Source: Mobula hypostoma (taxonomy: Eukaryota). Taken from it: DNA of 64,000 nucleotides. The position numbers were made by a program, and so were the translations under genes. Below, piece after piece: positions 13,584-24,900 of the stretch. The stretch is taken from assembly GCF_963921235.1 (NCBI RefSeq), contig NC_086102.1, positions 41,478,001 through 41,542,000 of the forward strand, read 5' to 3'. Numbering within the stretch: position 1 is the stretch's first letter; every line of letters begins with the position of its first letter. Below the pieces are notes generated by a model. That model worked only from the letters and a program-made list of their open reading frames with translations, searched no databases and was not told where the DNA came from.

Positions 13584-14478
13584 GGTCCTTTCATCCTTTT
13601 TCCACCTTGTATGGAATAGGCAAGCAAATTACATTTTTAAAAATGTTATAAAATGGATGCAGAATGAATGCACAAGACAAATGTTTCAAAATGAAGATGA
13701 GCCTGAGGAAAGGATTCTAATTTAATAAACTGTATTGTTAATATGTAATTTTCAACTGTTACTGGCCTTAATTCCTTGCCTTGAACACCACAGGTGACAA
13801 TAGTCTGTCAAAATCTGATGTCTCAACTTAGTCTTCAGAATTTGTTACAATGTGTGTAGCTTAATCATCATGATTTTATTCTGTACACTTAGCTAACGAA
13901 ATGCACTATGTCAATTGGGAGATGAATCAATACTTGCATTTCAAGTTACCAAGTACGTGATGGAACAGGAAATTCAAATAGTATCAATTACAATCAAAGT
14001 CAGAAAGGTAACACTTTAAATACACAATTTTTTTCAACTTAAAGCTCTGACTATTCATTCTAAGTGAGATAATCTTGAAAAATTGCAATATTGTCCAGTA
14101 ATTATGCACAGGACAAATAGAAAAAAGTATAATAAAAACAAGACATTTCCAGGTATATTCCCCGGCATAAACAGAGCTGTACCATTATGAAATGTTTAAA
14201 AAATTATGAAAGATTTATGATATTCAAAATGATTTTTTTAAAAAAATAGCTTGCAGCATAAGAAATTGGTGGAAACCAATTTTACAGGCTGGCTTAGGTA
14301 ATTACCAGAACTACACTTTTCTCTCAATGATAAAAGGCCCATCCTAACAACTCTTGGCTTATACCCATAACTGGTCCCTGTGATGGTCCACTGTGCTTTC
14401 ACCCGAATAACTTCAATTTAATTCATTCTTTTCAAGCCATGGGTAGGCAGAGTCTGGCCAGTCTTCAATGATTCAGGT

Positions 14479-14529
14479 TCACAGGTTGTTTGGAGGCTTG
14501 TAATGAATTCTGCAGCGTTCCTTGAAGAT
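14479..14529 (-). pseudogene. MIX23: Duplicated MIX23 terminal exon (IFKERCRIHYKPPNNL*)
   Basis: Intact AG acceptor (14531-14530), open frame and TGA; two amino-acid differences from the proximal copy. Confidence 0.8.
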
Positions 14530-15239
14530 CTTTGTAAAGTTTAAAGAAAAAGAATTCAAATTCCTGATACTGTAATTTGCTTTAATCCTCAATTCCAATT
14601 GCAGGTCAAAGATTGCTTAATGCACCAGATAAAAGCTTTGATCAGCGTGACTTCGTCATGTACGGAGAAACACATTTTATGTCCGGTTCTTCACCAGTTT
14701 AAAACTGACTTTCTTGATTAAAATGATGGAGAGAAAAAATCTGCCTCCAGGCCCGAAATTTTGAGTGGAATATCTGAAAATCATACAGCGTAGAAACAGC
14801 TCATCTGTCTAACTGGCCCAATAAAGACCCTCATCTGGACTAGTCCCATACTCCTCGAAAGCTTTCCTTTGTGTACTTGTGTATCCTATATAAAAGTGGA
14901 TTCCATCTGGCTAGAACATGCACCATAATCAAGAAAGATACATCTACTCAGTGTACAAGCTCTTGAGGAATTACAAAATTGGATGAACTGTTAAACAGAA
15001 GACTGGAGTCTAACCCACCTAATTCCTTCGTTACAGAGCATTCAAAGCAAAAAGGCGGTTTAGAATCCATTAATGGAAAACAGAATTCTCCGATTTTCTG
15101 CAGATGCCGCATCTCAGGGAGGACAACCGTTACACAATTAAAAGAAAAAGTTGTTCATCCAGGCAGCATGGGAGTAAAGAAAGTAACAGAAAATAATATT
15201 AAACTACAGTAAATATACGTTCCGATATATTAACCTGAG

Positions 15240-15408
15240 TTAGGTTTCCTTCTCGAAATTGCAAACATCTCGTTTACTAACTTTGCAGTATTTCTTCCTG
15301 TTGCAATCAGCTGACCTCCCATTTCGTCATCTTGGTAAACGCGAGTGAGGTTGTGTCATGTGACAAGAGCCCATAAATTGCGGGACCGGGACCGGATTCG
15401 CTTGTCGC
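15240..15408 (+). promoter_or_regulatory. Stefin promoter, copy B (TGTCATGTGACA 15354-15365; CATAAAT 15372-15378)
   Basis: Paralogous to the promoters of copies A and C. Confidence 0.6.
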
Positions 15409-15882
15409 CTAGGTTAAGGCTGGGACACTGTGCATTAAACAAAACATTGAAAATGATAGGGAAACACCAGACAGGATTGTGTGAGGAATGTCAGGAAGAG
15501 GAGTCAGTAGAACATGTAGTTCTGAGTTGCAGGAAGTATGGGATACAGAGAGAGATGATGAGAAATGAATTAAGGGAGTTGGGGAGGCAGGAATTCACAT
15601 TAAAAGGGTTGCTGGGCATGGGTGAGAGAGCACAAGTCCGGGTATTTTTTGCGTTTTTAAGGGGTACCGGGGTTTTTTAGAGAATATGACGAATAAACAG
15701 GAATAGGATACTAGGATGGTCAAAGATGGGAGGGTGAAGTGTAGGTTTGTGTGTGTGTGTGTGAGATTGGGTGAAGGGATTTAGAATGTATGTCTAGTGC
15801 ACATTCTGGAGCAGAGGGTGGCGGTAATGCACCATTAAGCTGGATGCCAACCGCCGTAAAACAAGATACAGACAGACAGACA
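15409..15882 (+). mobile_element. Short 3' fragment of the same I/Nimb-group LINE, inserted at the predicted stefin transcription start
   Basis: Matches 4281-4758 and ends in (CAGA)n. TSD GGATTCGCTTGTC at 15394-15406 and 15883-15895. Empty site at ~33891-33906. Confidence 0.9.
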
Positions 15883-15923
15883 GGATTCGCTTGTCACCAG
15901 GTGGAGTGTCGGCGAGGATAACC

Positions 15924-18900
15924 ATGAGCACTAAGGGCGTTTGCTGTGGCGGGATCAGCGAGGGGAAGGCTGTCACCCAGGAGGTTCAACAGCTTGCCGA
16001 TTCAGTGAGTGCACTTTATGTACAGCGTCATGACTCTGAATCTTCCTCTCGAAGAGTTACTAGTATACACGTCCACCCCAATGCTTTGAGCATAAGGAAA
16101 CTTTTCAAAGTAGGTCACGGAGATTGTTTGAACTTGGAAAAAATTTAAATAGTGGACAGTAAAGCCCAGCGGGTGGGAGGTGAGGACAAGGAGGAGGGTG
16201 GAATTCGTGGTAGAGCTTAAGGTGACTTGGGTGTGAAGGAAGAGATTCAGAATTCACTCACAAACCACCTGGCTCAATTGTGTTTTTTTTCCTGCACAGT
16301 TTCCGTTTCTGCTTGGTACTGCGCAAGCACTGCCGGACGGCTGTAATAACGCGCAGTTGGTGTGAACGGCGTGGGAGTTAAGTTGTAAAATAAGCCTTTT
16401 TGAGTAGATCCTCTAAATCGATTTGATTGAGTCTATCTTTAAAAATATTAATATCAGACATACTGAGAGTGACGTAGTTAATTCAGAAACAAAGGTTCTG
16501 AACTTAAAGAGGGGTAATTTTGAAGGTATGAGACATGAATTAGCTAAGATAGACTGGCAAATGACACTTCAAGGATTGACGGTGGATATGCAATGGCAGG
16601 CATTTAAAGGTTGCATGGATGAACTACAACAATTGTTCATCCCAGTTTGGCAAAAGAATAAATCAAGGAAGGTAGTGCACCCATGGCTGACAAGAGAAAT
16701 TAGGGATAGTATCAATTCCAAAGAAGTAGCATACAAATTAGCCAGAGAAAGTGGCTCACCTGAGGACTGGGAGAAATTCAGAGTTCAGCAGAGGAGGACA
16801 AAGGGCTTAATTAGGAAGGGGAAAAAAGATTATGAGAGAAAACTGGCAGAGAACATAAAAACGGACTGTAAAAGCTTTTATAGATATGTAAAAAGGAAAA
16901 GACTGATAAAGACAAATGTAGGTCCCCTGCAAACAGAAACAGGTGAATTGATTATGGGGAGCAAGGACATGGCAGACCAATTGAATAATTACTTTGGTTC
17001 TGTCTTCACTAAGGAGGACATAAATAATCTTCCAGAAATAGTAAGGGACAGAGGGTCCAGTGAGATGGAGGAACTGAGCGATATACATGTTAGTAGGGAA
17101 GTGGTGTTAGGTAAAATGAAGGGATTGAAGGCAGATAAATCCCCAGGGCCAGATGGTCTGCATCCCAGAGTGCTTAAGGAAGTGGCCCAAGAAATAGTGG
17201 ATGCATTAGTGATAATTTTTCAAAACTCGTTAGATTCTGGACTAGTTCCTGAGGATTGGAGGGTGGCTAATGTAACCCCACTTTTTAAAAAAGGAGGGAG
17301 AGAGAAACCGGGGAATTATAGGCCGGTTAGCCTAACGTCGGTGGTGGGGAAACTGCTGGAGTCAGTTATCAAGGATGTGATAACAGCACATTTGGAAAGC
17401 GGTGAAATGATCGGACAAAGTCAGCATGGATTTGTGAAAGGAAAATCATGTCTGACGAATCTCATAGAATTTTTTGAGGATGTAACTAGTAGAGTGGATA
17501 GGGGAGAACCAGTGGATGTGGTATATTTGGATTTTCAAAAGGCTTTTGACAAGGTCCCACATAGGAGATTAGTGTGCAAACTTAAAGCACACGGTATTGG
17601 GGGTAAGGTATTGGTGTGGGTGGAGAATTGGTTAGCAGACAGGAAGCAAAGAGTGGGAATAAACGGGACCTTTTCAGAATGGCAGGCGGTGACTAGTGGG
17701 GTACCGCAAGGCTCAGTGCTGGGACCCCAGTTGTTTACAATAGATGAGGGAATTAAATGCAGCATCTCCAAGTTTGCGGATGACACGAAGCTGGGTGGCA
17801 GTGTTAGCAGTGAGGAGGATGCTAAGAGGATGCAGGGTGACTTGGATAGGTTGGGTGAGTGGGCAAACTCATGGCAGATGCAATTTAATGTGGATAAATG
17901 TGAAGTTATCCACTTTGGTGGCAAAAATAGGAAAACAGATTATTATCTGAATGGTGGCCGATTAGGAAAAGGGGAGGTGCAACGAGACCTGGGTGTCATT
18001 ATACACCAGTCATTGAAAGTGGGCATGCAGGTACAGCAGGCGGTGAAAAAGGCAAACGGTATGCTGGCATTTATAGCGAGAGGATTCGAGTACAGGAGCA
18101 GGGAGGTACTACTGCAGTTGTACAAGGCCTTGGTGAGACCACACCTGGAGTATTGTGTGCAGTTTTGGTCCCCTAATCTGAGGAAAGACATCTTTGCCAT
18201 AGAGGGAGTACAAAGAAGGTTCACCAGATTGATTCCTGGGATGGCAGGTCTTTCATATGAAGAAAGACTGGATGAACTGGGCTTGTACTTGTTGGAATTT
18301 AGAAGATTGAGGGGGGATCTGATTGAAACGTATAAGATCCTAAAGGGATTGGACAGGCTAGATGCAGGAAGATTGTTCCCGATGTTGGGGAGGTCTAGAA
18401 CGAGGGGTCACAGTTTGAGGATAGAGGGGAAGCCTTTTAGGACCGAGGTTAGGAAAAACTTCTTCACACAGAGAGTGGTGAATCTGTGGAATTCTCTGCC
18501 ACAGCAAACTGTTGAGGCCAGTTCATTAGCTATGTTTAAAAGGAAGTTAGATATGGCCCTTGTGGCTACAGGGGTCAGGGGGTATGGAGGGAAGGCTGGG
18601 TTCTGAGTTGGATGATCAGCCATGATCATAATAAATGGCGGTGCAGGCTCGAAGGGCCGAATGGCCTACTCCTGCACCTATTTTCTATGTTTCTATGTTT
18701 CTATACTGCGCAGGTCTGGTGGCAGAAGATTCCACTCTCATGTTGATCTTGGGTAGAGGGAGTACTGGTAGCAAATCTTATTGAATGAATGAGTTTCCAA
18801 TATGTGAGGTCCAGTTTGCTGTCGAGTTGAACTGACCCTGTGACGAATTTGGATGTTTGATGGAGTGATGTTGTGAATTACTTTGAAAAAGAAAATTAAC

Positions 18901-21900
18901 TGTAGTTTAATACGTCGGTATTCAAGTGGTTCCCATTGAAGGTTAGAGAGCATGTTGGTGACACTGGATATCCTGCTGTAATCGTTTAACACAAAGCGAG
19001 CAGCACAGCGTTGGACTTTTTTCGATGGACTTCTGATTGTTAACTTAATGGAGATCCCATATGGCCGCGCAATACTCGAGCTTTGGATGGATGAGTGTCT
19101 TATATGCCATGTCCTTGACGGATTTACTACATGAGTGGAGATTTCTTCTCAGGATACCCAGCATTTTATTTGCTTTGGCTGTAATCTGGTTGATGTGGGA
19201 TGCCCCGTTAAGATCCTTGCTAATTTCAACACCAAGATATGGATGGTGGGTGATTGTTTCTAGAAGCTGTCGATTCATGTTATGTCATGTTGATTGGTTT
19301 AACTTTGTGACTGGCATGCAGAGCATGTTAGACAGTTAGATGGTCAGACAGTTGTGGTTTTGGAAATGGGTGTTCCTTGATTGCACAAAGAATGAAGTTG
19401 AATTTGGGAAAACTGCTTGTGTAATACTGTAATGCTGAAGGTAGGGAGGGATAATGGGTGGCGAGGATAGTGGTGTTACAATGATGAAGACTTTCTGTCA
19501 TTCAGATGATAGGGAGAAGAGATTTTTAAAAAGGATAGTTAACTCAAGCTTAGAGATGCAAGCCTCATTGGAATCGGGATTGCAATCACTGCCAGCAGGT
19601 GGTAAGAGTGGGCTTCCTCACCTCTGACCCCCTGACCTTTTTGACGGGATCCTGAATTATTCCTTATGAACTGTGCTTTTAAAAAGAGAGAGTGTGCAGC
19701 TGGTGGAGGCACTGCTGAGAGCTGTACAGCACAAACAACTTGTTATTGAGAGAGAGAGAGAGAGAGAGAGGTGAACACTGCTCACAGTTTGGAATTTCTG
19801 CAAGGACACGGCCAGCTTCTGAGTTCCTACAGAGAGAGAAGGGAGGAGCTACTTGATGGACAGCTGGTGTTCAGCACAACAGTATTTAAACCAGCGTAAT
19901 TGCTTGTTTCATGGGACACGCAAATGCACTAAGCTGTGGTGAAGTTATCACTACTCAACTAAATATCACGAACTTAACTTCTTCAAGCCTAGGGGGTAAA
20001 TGGATACAGTCTCACAGTAATGGGTAAATGGAATCAGTTCAATTTGTGGTATTAGTTAAGTAGTGTTGGAGAGAGAGGCGTCTAGTTCTTCAGGTGAGCT
20101 GATGCCGTCGATCTTCCCGTTGTCCTCCAAAACTTCCAAGTAAGTCAAACTTGACCGACTTAAGAGTGCCATCTTGAAGTGATAGTCTACCAACCCAGGC
20201 AAAGGTTAGACACACTGGTAGACTCCACAGGGTCACTCTTTCACGCACTAATAATCACAGACCGATTCCTCTCAATCGATCCTCAATCCCACACTCATGG
20301 GCACCTGAACAGAATAGTGATAACTTCACCACACCTTAGTGCGTCTGTGTGTCCTGTGAAACAAGCAATTACACTGGTTTAAATACTGTAGTGCTAAACA
20401 CCAGCTGTCCGTCAAGTAGCTCCTCCTCCTCTCTCTCTGTAGGAACTCAGAAGCTGGCAGTTGCAGTGCAGAAATTCCAAACAAACGGAGCAGTCTTCAC
20501 CTCTCTCTCTCTCCCAATAACGAGTCGTTTGTGCTGTACAGCTCTCAGCAGTGCCTCCACCAGCTGTACGCTCTTTCTCCTTTTAAAAGCACATTTCATA
20601 ACGGATAATTCAGGATCCTGTCACACCCATAACATGGGTGCCCCTCAGGGCTGTGTCCTAAGCCCCCTCCTTACTCGCTACAGAGAGCAACTAAAACTCA
20701 TTAGAGGGGAAAAGATGAAATATGGAAGCAAGCTAGCAAATAATATCAAAGTGGAATAGTAAAGGTTTTTTTAAGTATGTTTAAGAATAAAAGAGAAATG
20801 AGAATGGATATAGGACTGCTAGATAATGAGGCAGGAGAAATAATAACAAGGGACAAGGAGATGGCTGATGAACTAAATGAGTATTTTGCATCAGTCTTCA
20901 CTGTGGAAGACACCAACAGTGTGTCTGATGTAGTGTGTGAAGGAAGAGAAGTGGGTGCAGTTACTGTTACAAGAGAGAAGGTGCTGAAAAAGCTGAAAGA
21001 CCTAAAGTTACATAAGTCGCTCGGACCGGAGGAACTGACCCCTAGGGTTCTGAAAGAGTAGCGTTAGAAATTATGGTGGCATTAGAAATGATTTTTCAAA
21101 ATTCATTGTGCCAGAAGACTGGAAATTTGGAAATGTCACACTACTCTTTAAGAAAGGGGGAAGGCAGCAGAAAGGAAATTGTAGACCAGTTAGCCTGACC
21201 TCAGTGGTTAGGAAGATGTTATTCAATCGTTAAGGATGAGGTGATGGAGTACTTGGTGACCCAGGACAAGAAAGTACAAAGTTGGCATGGTTTCCTTCAG
21301 GGAAAATCTTGCCTGACGAACCTGTTGGAATTCTTTGAGAAGATTACAAGTAGGATAGATAAAGGGGATACAGTGGATATTGTGTATTTGGACTTTCAGA
21401 AGGCCTTTGACAAGGTGCCACACATGAGGCTGCTTACCAAGTTAAGAACCTATGGTATTACAGGAAAGTTACTTGCATGTTTAGAGCATTGGCTGATTGG
21501 TAGGAGGCAGCAAGAGAGAATAAAAGGATCCTTTTGTGGCTGTCTGTCAGTGACTAGTGGTGTTCCGCAGGGGTCGGTGTTGGAACCACTTCTTTTTATG
21601 CTGTGTATAGATGATTTAGATGATGGAATAGATGACTTTGTTGCCAAGTGAAGATTGGTGAAGAGGCAAATAGTGTTGAGGAAACAATTAGGATGCAGAA
21701 GGACTTGGATTAGGAAAATGGGCAAGAAAGTGGCAAATGGAATGCCTTGTTGGAAAGTGCATGGTCATGCACTTTGGTAGCAGAAATAAATGTGCAGATT
21801 ATTTTCTAAACAGAGAAAATCCAGGAATCTGAGATGCAGAGGGACTTGGGAGTCCTTGTGCAGAACACCCTGAAAGTTAACTTGCAGGTTGAGTCGGTGA

Positions 21901-24900
21901 TGAGGAAGGCAAATGCCATGTTAGCGTTCATTTCAAGTGTTCTAGACTACAAGAGCAAGAGTGTTGCTGAGGCTTTATAAGGCACTGATGAGGCCTCACC
22001 TTGAGTATTGTGAACAGTGTTGGGCTCCTCATCTAAGAAAAGATGTGCTGGCATTAGAGAGGGTCCAGAGGAGGTTCACAAGGATGATTCCAGGAGTGGA
22101 AGGATTATCATACGAGGAACGTTTGACGGCTCTGGGTTTGTACTCGCTGGAATTCAGAAGGATTGGGGGTAGGGGGGAGCTCATTGTAACCTTTCCAATG
22201 TTGAAAGGTCTAGACAGAGTAGATGTTGAAAGGATATTTCCCATGGTGGGGTAGGACAAGAGGGCACAGCCTTGGGATAGAGGAGTGCCCTTTCAAAACA
22301 GATGTGGAGAAATTTCTCTAGACAAAAGGGTGGTGATTTGTTGCCATATGCAACTGTTGAGGGCAGGTTGTTGGGTGTATTTGAGGCAGAGATTGATGGG
22401 TTCTTGACTGTACATGGCATCAAAGGTTACGGGGAGAAGGCTGGGAATTGGGGTTGAGGAAGAGAAGAAAAAAGTATCAGTCATGATTGAATGACAGAGC
22501 TGACTCGATGGGCCAGATGGCCTAAATCTGCTCCTATATCTTGTGGTTTATTTCAGTTAAGGCATGATGGGTGCACTGAGCTGTTCATGTATACCTGAGC
22601 AAGTTGTTTTGGGACCAATGTGAACCCATTTCTGACCAACTAAGAAAATCCACATATTACTGCTGAGTTAGAAAGTAAATTAGAGAATAGATGGGCATTA
22701 GAAAAATTACTTAGCTCTAGTCACTTCCAAGCTATTAATGCAGGCATATCCTAGGAGTGAACTATGAAAAGAGATCAGGAAAAAGTCATGCCCAATATTG
22801 AAATGGTTGTGATGTACAGGTAGAGTACAAGTAGAGTGTCAGTTTCAAAGAGCAAACTGTATTCACATCACCTCCAAATATGGTGAGAGAGGCTGGAAAT
22901 TATTTGGAGGTAGAGTAGAAGGCATACTGTTGGAGTGATTTCTATTGGCTTTAGAACAAAGTTTTGCAGAAATGTCTGGAGGGAAGAACAAAAAAAGTGG
23001 CAAAGGTAAGAAGCCCAGAGTTAATAAAACACTTTGTACTAGTACTCTGTACATGGATGGGAAGGACTGAGTGATATGGTCTGTGTGCTGGAGATGGGAT
23101 TAGGCAGATCAAGTCAGCATGAGCTGGATGCTGGAAGAGCCAGACTTTATGCTGTAGTACTCCATGACTTCATCTGGAAACCAGACTTAATTGATATCAA
23201 TTGGAAAAACAAGAACTATAGATACTGGAAATGGGTTGGAATGTTTGTTGATGGAGGAATGAGTGAACATGAAGTACATTGACCTGAAACAGTAAGTTTC
23301 TCTTTTCACCATACTCCCTGAACTTGTCAGCATTCCCCTAATTCCTCCTTCAACTGACCTAACTACCCCCTCATCTGGCTTCACCGATCACCTGCCAGCT
23401 TGCACTCATTCTCCTCCCCTACCCCATCATATTCTGGATTCTTCTTCCTCCTATCCAGTCCTGGTGAAGGGCCTTGGCCCAAAACACAGACTATTTGTTC
23501 CTGTCCATAGATGCTGTTTGACCTGCTGAGTTCCTCCAGCATTTTATGTGTGCTGCTCTGGATTTTCAGCACCAGCAGAATCTCCTGAGTTTATGATTCT
23601 AAAGGTAAGTCCAGTTTTATAATCACAAGCATAACAATTTGACAGCAAGCTGATAGGAATTTGCCTTTTTTTAAAAAAAAAGGTTTTAAGAACAAGAACT
23701 TTAAGTGTAAATTGAATGTCCAGATATCCTAGAATGTGGCATTGAAAATTGACAATTAAAATTGCTAATGGAGTAAAGTTACAGTGGCTGGTTCATGGGG
23801 CAGAGTTGTGTAATTCTAAAGTAAAAATACGAAGTCTCATTTGAATTAAGTCCCTTCAGTCATTTCTGTCCTTCCTATAGTGCGAGGTTTCTGCTCTGTA
23901 CAAAGTGCAAATGACATCCTATTTGATCATTACCCATCTATTCCTGCTTTAATCGGCAGAGTTGTACAACAGAGGCAGCTATGGTTTTCCTTCCTACACT
24001 TGGATGACTCTAACATGGACTCATGGAATCCATGTCCCAGCACTTGGCAGTAACATGCAAAACTGCTGGTTGTCAAGAACATTGATTGCATCTAGCTTTA
24101 TCTAATCCCATTCTCACTGGTATGACTTCTATTATTCAGTTTCCGATCATCATTCAGATTGTCGTCTTTAATGTGCCCAACTTTGCCCTTGCTCTGGATT
24201 TAACTCGTGCACTAGGCAATGAGTATATTTAATTCAGCTCCCTCTTCAGTGATTGCATTTAAACTATTTTTCATGGTCTTAATCTCCTAATCACTATCTC
24301 CTTCAACCCAGAAAAAAACAGAACTTCTCCATCTCACTAAATTTAGACTCATCCCTTCACGTTTGGTAACATGGCTTTCACCGGTCAATCTTTAACTTGT
24401 ACCTTTTCCAAGATGTTTCCTAAACCCTTCTAGAACATATAGAGTACCAAACAGGGAAAGGCCATTCAGCCCACAATGTTTTGCCGAACCAGCTAAAAGG
24501 CAAATCAAGAACACCCAAACCCTAATACCTACAGCATGTCCATATCCCTCCATCCTCATATCCACGTGCCTATCCAAACAGCTCTTAAGAGCCTCTAATG
24601 TATTTGCCTCTCTCACCATAGCAGCCAGTGTAGTCCAAGCATGCACTAGCCTGTGGCACAGGGAGTAATCCGGAGATTCCACCTTCAATTTCCTCTTGGA
24701 ATAGAATATCTTTATTGTCATTGTTGTGGAGCAATGAAACATAGTTTAGCAGCTCAACGTTTTGCAGCATGACAAAGAATATATACATAAAATAAACTCT
24801 AAGGAGTGCTGTCCAAAATTAATAATATATGGATGGGGGGTAGGACTATTGCGCACCTGCCATTCCTGGAAGTGTGATGCATTTAGTTGCCGCCGTCTTA

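Noticed and set aside
16423-18606. 727-aa RT ORF as a domesticated gene or a prokaryote-style RT system
   Set aside because: It has a TSD, a CR1 tail, an empty paralogous site, a start borrowed from flanking DNA and a deletion next to the RT core. It is an ordinary young CR1.
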